Below, one piece after another: positions 56,700 to 64,000 of a stretch of DNA of 64,000 bases (its first letter is position 1; each line of letters starts with the position of its first letter). Location of the stretch: NCBI GenBank assembly GCA_964476445.1, contig CAYZAK010000001.1, positions 83,271 to 147,270 on the forward strand. Direction: 5' to 3'. Below the pieces are notes generated by a model. That model ran no database searches. It was given only the letters and a program-made list of their open reading frames with translations, and was not told the DNA's origin. Source of the DNA: an uncultured bacterium (GTDB lineage: Bacteria; CG03; SLGR01; JAGXOG01). The position numbers were made by a program, and so were the translations under genes.

Positions 56700-56728
56700 A
56701 GTATATATAATTAAATTTAGTTTATCAA
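56700..56728 (-). promoter_or_regulatory. sigma70-type promoter upstream of fabZ and the pilin cluster
   Basis: TTGATA(56728-23)-N17-TATACT(56705-00). Confidence 0.7.
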
Positions 56729-56760
56729 TTACAAACTTTAACCCCGAAAAATAACAGCAA

Positions 56761-58437
56761 TTATTTTTTCCGGTTCTGTATTTTTGCCCAGGTATCTTTC
56801 AGGGGAACAATCCGGTTAAATACCGGATTTTTTTTGGTATAATCCTCTATATCCGCACAATAATATCCCTGTCTAAAAAACTGAACTCTTCTACCCGGTT
56901 TAAACTCTTTTATTGAAGATTCAGCCAGAGCTTTTTTATTTACGGTAAGTGAATTTTCATTTAAACTATCAGTAAAATCTTCTCCCCGGTCAACTTCTTC
57001 CGGATTGACAGTTTTAAAAAGACGGTCGTAATTACGGACTCTTACATTAACCGAATTTTTTGCGCTCACCCAGTGTAGAGTTCCTTTAACTTTATGTCCA
57101 TCGGGATTCCACCCCCCTCGGGATTCAGGGTCATAGGTACACCTAAGTTCGGTGATTTCACCCCTCTCATTTTTTATCACTTCCTGGCAGGTTATGTAGT
57201 AAGCGTGTTTGAGTCTCACCTCTTTTCCCGGATACAGCCGGAAAAATTTTTCATCGGGATGCTCCTGAAAATCTTCCCTTTCTATATAAAGTTCCTTAGT
57301 AAAAGTTACTTTTCTTTTACCGGCGCTATTATCTTCAGGATTGTTTTCTACCTCGAATTTTTCAACTTTATCCGAAGGATAATCGGTAATAACAACCTTT
57401 AGAGGATCAAGTATAACAAAAATTCGGGCTGCCGTACGGTTTAAATTGTCTCTGACACAATGTTCGAGTAATGCCATATCAACCCTGGAATTAGCTTTGG
57501 AAATTCCTATCTCCCGGCAAAAATTTCTTATGGCCGCCGGGGGATAACCCCGTCTTCTCATACCCGATAAAGTGGGCATACGGGGATCGTCCCACCCGAT
57601 CACATGCTCCTCTTTTACAAGTTTATTTAATTTTCTTTTACTTAACACCGTGTAACTTAAATTCAGTCTGGCAAACTCAATCTGCCGGGGCTGATAAATA
57701 TCCAGTTTTTCCAGAAACCAGTTATACAGCGGACGGTGATCTTCAAACTCAAGAGTACACAGAGAATGGGTTATCTCTTCTATGGAATCTTCAATACCGT
57801 GGGCCCAGTCATAAGTAGGATATATGGTCCATTCATCTTCAGTCCGGGGATGATCCTGCTTTACTATCCGGTACATAACCGGATCTCTGAGGTTAAGATT
57901 TCCCGATGACATATCAATTTTGGCCCTTAAAACTTTTTCTCCTTCTTTAAACTCACCGTTTTTCATCCCCTTAAAAAGTTTAAGGTTTTCCTCTACACTC
58001 CGATCCCGGTAAGGACTGTTTTTACCGGGTTGAGTAAGAGTGCCCCGGTATTCTCTAATCTTCTGGGGACTTAACTCATCAACGTATGCATAACCTTGCC
58101 CTATTAATTCCAAAGCGTAGCTATACATCTTTTCAAAATAATCTGAAGCATAACATAAATCATCCCATTTAAATCCCAGCCATTTCACATCTTTAATTAT
58201 GGAATTGATATACTCCTGCTCTTCTTTTTCAGGATTAGTGTCGTCAAATCTTAGATTACAGGTACCCCCGTAATCCTGGGCAATTGTAAAGTTAAGATAT
58301 ATGGATTTAGCGTGTCCTATATGCAGGTATCCGTTGGGTTCGGGAGGAAAACGGGTGGCCACCCGGTCTCCATACCTACCGGAACTCCGGTCCCGTTCTA
58401 TTATTTCATAAATAAAATTTTTATATTTGGGAGACAT
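56761..58437 (-). CDS. glnS: Glutaminyl-tRNA synthetase
   Basis: TRFPPEPNGYLHIGHAK, THSLCTLEF, VLSKRKL, GWDDPRMPT, KVKGTLHWVS. Confidence 0.96.
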   Translation of the reverse strand: MSPKYKNFIYEIIERDRSSGRYGDRVATRFPPEPNGYLHIGHAKSIYLNFTIAQDYGGTCNLRFDDTNPEKEEQEYINSIIKDVKWLGFKWDDLCYASDYFEKMYSYALELIGQGYAYVDELSPQKIREYRGTLTQPGKNSPYRDRSVEENLKLFKGMKNGEFKEGEKVLRAKIDMSSGNLNLRDPVMYRIVKQDHPRTEDEWTIYPTYDWAHGIEDSIEEITHSLCTLEFEDHRPLYNWFLEKLDIYQPRQIEFARLNLSYTVLSKRKLNKLVKEEHVIGWDDPRMPTLSGMRRRGYPPAAIRNFCREIGISKANSRVDMALLEHCVRDNLNRTAARIFVILDPLKVVITDYPSDKVEKFEVENNPEDNSAGKRKVTFTKELYIEREDFQEHPDEKFFRLYPGKEVRLKHAYYITCQEVIKNERGEITELRCTYDPESRGGWNPDGHKVKGTLHWVSAKNSVNVRVRNYDRLFKTVNPEEVDRGEDFTDSLNENSLTVNKKALAESSIKEFKPGRRVQFFRQGYYCADIEDYTKKNPVFNRIVPLKDTWAKIQNRKK

Positions 58438-58451
58438 ATTTTACCTCTAAT

Positions 58452-58799
58452 TTAATTTTTCTCATCCGAATCTTTATCTTTGCCGTCTTCAGTGTTTGGG
58501 GACTCTTTTTCTTTCTCCATTTCATCAACATACGTTAACTGTAAATTGGTGACGGTGGACTCCAGAATGTCTTTCTCTTTTTTGGTTAAATTCCCTTTGG
58601 TCTTTTCAGACAGCATCTCGAGCATATCAATGTAAGTCCGGGCCATATTCAGATTTTTATCCACTTTACCGGTCTGGGGGTTGGAAATTTTCCCCATTCC
58701 CACCAGAGCAGTTTGAGAAAAAGAGACCACTATATTGGAAAAATCTTCATCCACCTGATTAACTTTATTTTTCTGTTGATTCATAATTACCTCCATCAT
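58452..58799 (-). CDS. DUF1844-domain protein
   Basis: ALVGMGKISNPQTG..NLNMARTYIDMLEMLSEKTKGNLT..E...L..LQLTYV. Confidence 0.88.
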   Translation of the reverse strand: MMEVIMNQQKNKVNQVDEDFSNIVVSFSQTALVGMGKISNPQTGKVDKNLNMARTYIDMLEMLSEKTKGNLTKKEKDILESTVTNLQLTYVDEMEKEKESPNTEDGKDKDSDEKN

Positions 58800-60213
58800 T
58801 TAAAATATTTTCTAAAGTATATTCTATTCTGTCTAACACTTTTTCACGGCCCAGGATCTCAAGTATTTCAAAAACCCCCGGGCCCTTCATTCTGCCGGAA
58901 ACCGCCACCCTTAAAGGATGAAATATTTTTCCTCCACTTATACTATTGTCCTGGCAATAACCCCGCAGATTATCCTCCAGTTCACTCTTTTTAAAAAATT
59001 CTACAGTTTTAAAAATTTGGTGAAGATCTTCAATGATTTTTTTCACCCCTTCTTTTTTTAACCTTTTTTGTACTGCTTCAGGACGGTACTCATATCTCTC
59101 ATTTACAAGAAAATCTATTCTGCTCGGAAGTTCACTTAATACTTTTATTTTATTTTTTTCAGCTTTTATTGCCTTTAAAATTGCGGTTTTGTTTTTCTCA
59201 GGTTTTAAATTTTCTTTTATTAGCCAGGGTTTTGCTTGTTCATATAGTTTATCAACCGTGAGTACCCTTATGTACTTACCGTTAATCCAATCCAGTTTTT
59301 CAATATCAAATATAGCCGAAGAGGAATTACACCTTGAAATATCAAACTTCTCAATAAGCTCTTGTTCCTGAAACAACTGCTGGGAATCACTGGTTGACCA
59401 GCCAAGAAGAGCAAGATAATTTTTAAGCGCTCCAGGAAGATAACCTTTCTTTTTATATTCCTCCAGGGATACCGCTCCGGTCCGTTTGGAAAGTTTCTTT
59501 CCGTCTTTACCGTGAACCTGGGGCAGATGCGCAAATTTAGGATGTTTTTTCTTCAGCGCTCGGCAAATTAAAATCTGCTTGGGGGTATTGGAAATATGAT
59601 CATCACCACGGATAACATGGGATATATTTAAATCGTCATCATCCACCGCACAGGCAAAATTATAAGTGGGCAACCCGTCTGATTTTAAAATAATAAAATC
59701 AGAAAGCGTACCCGAATCTATCTCGATTTCCCCCTTAACTAAATCCTTAAAAACAATATTTCCGGATCCGGGAGTTTTTAAACGATATACAAAGCCCTGT
59801 TTTTCTTTCGAAAATTGTTTTTTTTGAGCTTCGCCAATATTTCTACATCTACCCGAATATCCCATCCCGGAAGTTAACTCTCTTTCTTTTTTTAATTCCT
59901 CCGGCGTACAGTAACATTTATATACCGAACCGGTTTCAATTAATTTTTTCAGGGCACGATCATAAATATTTTTCCGTTTACTCTGATAATACGGTCCTTC
60001 ATCGGGTTCCATACCCAGCCATCTCATACCTCTTAGAATAGCTTCAGTATAATTTTTTTGGGACCGTCTCCGGTCAGTATCTTCAATTCTTAATATAAAC
60101 TTACCTTCTCGGTGTCTAGCGTAAAGATAGTTATAGAGAGCCGTGCGCACACCACCTATATGGAGGTAACCCGTGGGGGACGGAGCGAATCTGACCCGAG
60201 TTTCAGCTGACAA
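58765..60213 (-). CDS. gltX: Glutamyl-tRNA synthetase
   Basis: RVRFAPSPTGYLHIGG, RIEDTD, HVIRGDDH, KLSKR, PLRVAVSG. Confidence 0.97.
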   Translation of the reverse strand: MSAETRVRFAPSPTGYLHIGGVRTALYNYLYARHREGKFILRIEDTDRRRSQKNYTEAILRGMRWLGMEPDEGPYYQSKRKNIYDRALKKLIETGSVYKCYCTPEELKKERELTSGMGYSGRCRNIGEAQKKQFSKEKQGFVYRLKTPGSGNIVFKDLVKGEIEIDSGTLSDFIILKSDGLPTYNFACAVDDDDLNISHVIRGDDHISNTPKQILICRALKKKHPKFAHLPQVHGKDGKKLSKRTGAVSLEEYKKKGYLPGALKNYLALLGWSTSDSQQLFQEQELIEKFDISRCNSSSAIFDIEKLDWINGKYIRVLTVDKLYEQAKPWLIKENLKPEKNKTAILKAIKAEKNKIKVLSELPSRIDFLVNERYEYRPEAVQKRLKKEGVKKIIEDLHQIFKTVEFFKKSELEDNLRGYCQDNSISGGKIFHPLRVAVSGRMKGPGVFEILEILGREKVLDRIEYTLENILNDGGNYESTEK

Positions 60214-61096
60214 TTTTATTTAGGGGATATTCTATAATTCCCTGTGCTCCGGCTCTCTTTAGACGGGGAATTATTTCTTTTACTTTCTCTTCCTTTATTA
60301 TTACCTCCAGGGCGACCCAGTCTTTAACAGTTAGCTGGGATACGGTAGGTTTTTTAAGGGAAGGTAATATATTAATAATTTTTTGGATCTTATCTTTTTT
60401 TATATTCATTTTAAGGCCGACCATTCCTTCAGCTCTTACGGCGGATAATAACAAAGTGGCCATATTTTCAAGTTTTTTCTTTTTCCAGGGGTCTTTATAG
60501 GACTCCCGGTTGGCCACTAACCGGGTTGTGGAAGTAAGAATTTCTTCTACAACTTTAAGATTATTTGCCCTCAAAGAGCTGCCGGTTTCGGTTAACTCGA
60601 CAATGGCATCGCAAAGGACACCCGGTTTAACTTCGGTGGCTCCCCAGCTGAATTCAACTTCGCAATCTATATTTTTTTTATTTAAATATCTGGTTATATA
60701 ATTTTTTAACTCTGTCGATATTCTTTTTCCCTGTAGATCTTCAACAGAATTTATATCAGAATTTTCGGGGACAGCCAAAACCCATCTTACCGGTCTAAAT
60801 CCGCTTTTTGCATACACCAATTCACAGATTTCTTGCACTTGAGAATTATTTTCTTTCAACCAGTCCCAGCCGCACAGACCGCCGTCAAATACCCCTTTTT
60901 CTATGTACCTTCCCATTTCCTGAGGCCGTATTAACATTAACTCCAGTTCATTGTCATCCGAAGTAGGATAGTAAGAACGTTCATCGGAAAGATATATATT
61001 TATCCCTCCCTTTTTAAAAATCTCTATAGTCGATTCCTGTAAGCTACCCTTGGGTAACGCAAATTTTAATTTATTACTATTCATTATTCTCTCCAT
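60203..61096 (-). CDS. hisG: ATP phosphoribosyltransferase (long form)
   Basis: LPKGSL, EFSWGATE, DAIVELTETGSSLRANNL, C-terminal regulatory domain. Confidence 0.95.
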   Translation of the reverse strand: MERIMNSNKLKFALPKGSLQESTIEIFKKGGINIYLSDERSYYPTSDDNELELMLIRPQEMGRYIEKGVFDGGLCGWDWLKENNSQVQEICELVYAKSGFRPVRWVLAVPENSDINSVEDLQGKRISTELKNYITRYLNKKNIDCEVEFSWGATEVKPGVLCDAIVELTETGSSLRANNLKVVEEILTSTTRLVANRESYKDPWKKKKLENMATLLLSAVRAEGMVGLKMNIKKDKIQKIINILPSLKKPTVSQLTVKDWVALEVIIKEEKVKEIIPRLKRAGAQGIIEYPLNKIVS

Positions 61097-61115
61097 TAAC
61101 TACTTTATTTCTCTT

Positions 61116-61688
61116 TTAACTGTATTTAGGTTTATACTCGGTTTCCATTATATAAATAGGCTCAATTGACCGCCAACTCTTTGATTTACCTTTTTTATAA
61201 ATTTCTACAGTCCGACATAAAACATCCTCAACTTTTATCTTTTTACTGACGGTTTCAATATCAGGATGCTCTTCAGCCCTGATAATGCTGTATTTTGATT
61301 TTCTTATTCCATTTTTGTCATAACGGGCTGTATAATACTTATCCCGGTAGGCCTTTAATACCGGTCTGGAAATACTTTTGCCCATAATATCTAACACCGA
61401 AAAACTACATACCGGAACTGATAAATACTGTCCCATAGTTATTATACAACTCATACCCACACGAATCCCCGTAAACGAACCCGGCCCTGTTCCCACGCCC
61501 AAAACATCAATATCTTTAACTCCAAGTCCGGCACGGGATAAAATTTCTTTTATCACCGGCATTAATCTATCTGCGTGTTTTCGGCCCGGGATAGACTTTT
61601 CAGCTATCAGGTTCTGCCCCTGACCGAGACCGGCCAGGAATTTATCCGTGGTAGTATCTATTACCAGAAAATATTTATTGTCTTTCAA
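61116..61688 (-). CDS. tsaB: t6A biosynthesis protein TsaB
   Basis: IDTT, GTGPGSFTGIRVG, IEPIY; adjacent to tsaE. Confidence 0.92.
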   Translation of the reverse strand: MKDNKYFLVIDTTTDKFLAGLGQGQNLIAEKSIPGRKHADRLMPVIKEILSRAGLGVKDIDVLGVGTGPGSFTGIRVGMSCIITMGQYLSVPVCSFSVLDIMGKSISRPVLKAYRDKYYTARYDKNGIRKSKYSIIRAEEHPDIETVSKKIKVEDVLCRTVEIYKKGKSKSWRSIEPIYIMETEYKPKYS

Positions 61689-62121
61689 AAATGGATATCT
61701 TTCTTTCTAATTTGGAAATTACATCGATTTTAATAACTAATGACCCCTCTGGCCATAATGCCTCTACCCGGTTTGCCCATTCAACTACGGTTACTGTCTC
61801 TGAACTTAAAATTTCCGGCCAATCCAGGCCCCAGGCTTCTTTTGGGCCTTCTATTCTATAGAGATCCACATGGGTTAAAACACTGTTTTCTTCCGGGTAA
61901 GTTTTTATAAGCTGGTACGTAGGACTAATTATCCTTTCCCGTATGTTTAACCCTTTACCTAACCCCTGAATAAAAGTAGTCTTACCTGCTCCAAGCTCTC
62001 CGCACAGCATAAGATTTTCATCCCCTTTTAGCCTCTCAGTAAATTTTTTCCCTAATCTGTATGTCGATTCAGGACTGGAGGTTACCTTATGGGTTTTTCC
62101 ACAATCCAAAAAGTTTTCCAC
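61675..62121 (-). CDS. tsaE: t6A biosynthesis ATPase TsaE
   Basis: GELGAGKTT, SPTYQLI, HVDLYRI, VEWA; GTG start uncertain. Confidence 0.93.
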   Translation of the reverse strand: MENFLDCGKTHKVTSSPESTYRLGKKFTERLKGDENLMLCGELGAGKTTFIQGLGKGLNIRERIISPTYQLIKTYPEENSVLTHVDLYRIEGPKEAWGLDWPEILSSETVTVVEWANRVEALWPEGSLVIKIDVISKLERKISIFERQ

Positions 62122-62133
62122 AGGTTATCAACA
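62095..62133 (+). promoter_or_regulatory. Cluster of three DnaA-box-like 9-mers
   Basis: TTTTCCACA at 62095 and 62114 (match TTWTNCACA), TTATCAACA at 62125 (one mismatch), same orientation, followed by an AT-rich stretch. Confidence 0.6.
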
Positions 62134-62205
62134 GGTTAATAATTATTCGTTATAAGACGATAATTGAATTCAAATTTAGAAGTTATTAACTATTTTCGTG
62201 CCTAT

Positions 62206-62451
62206 TTATTCTTTTTCTTCTTCTTCAGAATCTTCTAAATCTTCCTGCTCAAGTTTTTCTTCCTCAAGCTGAGCTGCTTTTTTATCTTTAATGCTGGAAA
62301 TTCCGGCAGCAATAGCCACCAGCCCGACCAAAATTAAAAACGGAGGTACAGATCCCTGAAGAACAGTTAAAAACGGCTGCCAGGCTCCCCATATCGCCAT
62401 CCATAAAATACCTACAACTACTCCGATCAAACCAAATAAAATACTCAACAT
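62206..62451 (-). CDS. Small two-helix membrane protein with acidic tail
   Basis: Two hydrophobic segments then Glu-rich C-terminus; AGGAGG RBS upstream. Confidence 0.8.
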   Translation of the reverse strand: MLSILFGLIGVVVGILWMAIWGAWQPFLTVLQGSVPPFLILVGLVAIAAGISSIKDKKAAQLEEEKLEQEDLEDSEEEEKE

Positions 62452-62495
62452 AATTTTCCTCCTTAAAGAAATTCTATTCTAACAAACTTACTGCT

Positions 62496-63980
62496 TTAAA
62501 CTATTTCTCCCAAACTTTTTACAATATTATCCGGACAAATAAATTTTTCCCCCTTACTCCAGGAACTTATATCTCCCGCCCGGCCATGTATCCAAACACC
62601 GGTTTTTGCGCTTTCCAGTCCGCCAAAATTTTGTCCTATAAGCGAAGATATTATTCCAGTCAGCACATCACCAGATCCACCGGTAGCCATCCCCGGATTT
62701 CCGGTAGTATTAATAAAAACTTTTTGTCCGTCGGTTACTACTGTTCTGTACCCTTTTAAAACAGTTACACATCTGTATTCGCCGGCAAAATCTTTTGCAA
62801 TTTTTATTCTCTCTTCAAGTAATTCGGAAGTGGTTTTTTTAATTAAACCGGACATTTCCCCCGGATGTGGCGTTATAACTGTTGGATAATCCCGGGTTTT
62901 TAAAATCTTAACATTTCCAGCCAAATTATTCAGTCCGTCCGCATCTAGCACCACTGGTTTTTTTATATCCTCCAATAAATTAACAACTAATTTACGAACC
63001 CCCAAACCTGTTCCCAAACCCGGTCCTAAAACTAAAACATCTACATTCCGCTGTTCAATAAACTCTTTAATACTTCCAAAATTTTCCGGATTTATAAAAC
63101 CAGACCGGTCTTCTTTTAAGTTTAAAGACATGGCACTTATTATATTACTAGATACCGCACAGGCTAATCTGCGGGGTAATCCTAAAGTTACCAGACCGGC
63201 ACCGGACTTAACGGCCCCCTGTGCAGCCATTATCGGGGCTCCGTCCATTCCCGGTGAGCCTCCTATCACTAAAATATGCCCATACGTTTTTTTGTGGGTA
63301 TCTTTTTCTCTTTTTGTAAAATACCTTCTACTTTCTTCCCTGGTTATAAATTCAGCTTCTTTTAAATAATCTTTTGGAGAAACTTCAAGTCCTATTTTTA
63401 TATTTTCAATACTACCGGAATACTCACTGCCCGGCTTACGGTAATGGCCCACTTTCGGATAGCCAAAAGTCACCGTACAATCGGCCCGGACAGCGGATTT
63501 ATCCGCCTGGCCGGTATCTCCGTTAACCCCCGTGGGTATATCGCAGGCTATGATTATTTTACTTTTTTTATTTATTATTTCAAGAATATCTTTTAGAGTA
63601 TTTCTCAGTGGGGGTTCGAATCCGGTACCCAGAAGGCAATCCACAACAATCATCCGTCGCTCCAAACTGTAACTTAAACTTTCTCTTTTCAGGGTTTTTA
63701 AATGTATTTTTAGTTTACCGGCCTGTTTTTTAGCTAAACCTTTTAAGTTTTCTTTGGCATATACTTCCACTTCCCGGTTCCGTTCAACCAGGTACCTGGC
63801 CGCCACCAGCCCATCCCCGCCATTATTGCCGCTTCCGCAGATAAAACATACCGGCCAGGAGGGGAAATTTTCCTGTATAAAATTAGCCAGACCACGGCCC
63901 GCTCTATCCATTAAAATTTCTGCTTTTACCGGCGAGATCTTATCCAGCCGGGCCATTTCTTGGGCGGTGATAATCTTCAT
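62496..63980 (-). CDS. nnr: Bifunctional NAD(P)H-hydrate epimerase/dehydratase
   Basis: CGSGNNGGDG, DCLLGTG, DIPTG, HKKTYGHILVIGGS, VLDADGLN, TPHPGEM, ATGGSGDVLTG. Confidence 0.96.
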   Translation of the reverse strand: MKIITAQEMARLDKISPVKAEILMDRAGRGLANFIQENFPSWPVCFICGSGNNGGDGLVAARYLVERNREVEVYAKENLKGLAKKQAGKLKIHLKTLKRESLSYSLERRMIVVDCLLGTGFEPPLRNTLKDILEIINKKSKIIIACDIPTGVNGDTGQADKSAVRADCTVTFGYPKVGHYRKPGSEYSGSIENIKIGLEVSPKDYLKEAEFITREESRRYFTKREKDTHKKTYGHILVIGGSPGMDGAPIMAAQGAVKSGAGLVTLGLPRRLACAVSSNIISAMSLNLKEDRSGFINPENFGSIKEFIEQRNVDVLVLGPGLGTGLGVRKLVVNLLEDIKKPVVLDADGLNNLAGNVKILKTRDYPTVITPHPGEMSGLIKKTTSELLEERIKIAKDFAGEYRCVTVLKGYRTVVTDGQKVFINTTGNPGMATGGSGDVLTGIISSLIGQNFGGLESAKTGVWIHGRAGDISSWSKGEKFICPDNIVKSLGEIV

Positions 63981-64000
63981 ATACTCTCCTTAAATACCAC

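Noticed and set aside
1-64000. Apparent excess of CCGG tetramers
   Set aside because: Impression only. It needs an observed/expected k-mer count against codon usage, which I cannot run; Pro/Gly codon choice may explain it.
1-64000. CRISPR array, tRNA/rRNA, IS or prophage genes
   Set aside because: No regularly spaced identical repeats, no structural-RNA signatures other than the riboswitch, and no transposase, integrase or phage motifs were seen.

Overview
Bacterial window (diderm-type gene content; Elusimicrobiota-like is my guess, not established) in which every gene I can support lies on the minus strand. The left 27.3 kb is one giant gene that the ORF track missed because it runs off the window edge without a stop. 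It starts at ATG 27313 and encodes at least 9,104 aa: a signal peptide, 20 IPT/TIG-like repeats, then alternating blocks of Trp-rich Ig-like repeats (41 seen) and a second Ig-like repeat (3 blocks of exactly 6), organised as a ~4.5 kb 13-domain super-repeat. It is the last gene of an overlapping-gene operon: exported HEAT protein, intact UbiA-family prenyltransferase, exported TPR protein, a membrane protein carrying a catalytically dead copy of the same UbiA, then the giant protein. Upstream sit an orphan 168-aa gene, an intrinsic terminator and a well-formed c-di-GMP-I (GEMM) riboswitch. The right half is mostly housekeeping (mfd, NUDIX, pcrA, rlmD, DUF89, degP, class II aldolase, metG, ricT, holB, tmk, fabZ, glnS, gltX, hisG, tsaB, tsaE, nnr). 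It also holds a degenerate GH57-like lipoprotein, a minor-pilin cluster interleaved with a PorV-like barrel and a CTD-bearing FG-GAP propeller, a TPR remnant and a DnaA-box cluster. No rRNA, tRNA, CRISPR array or mobile element was seen. Domain names come from motif recognition by eye, not database searches, and internal domain boundaries are approximate.
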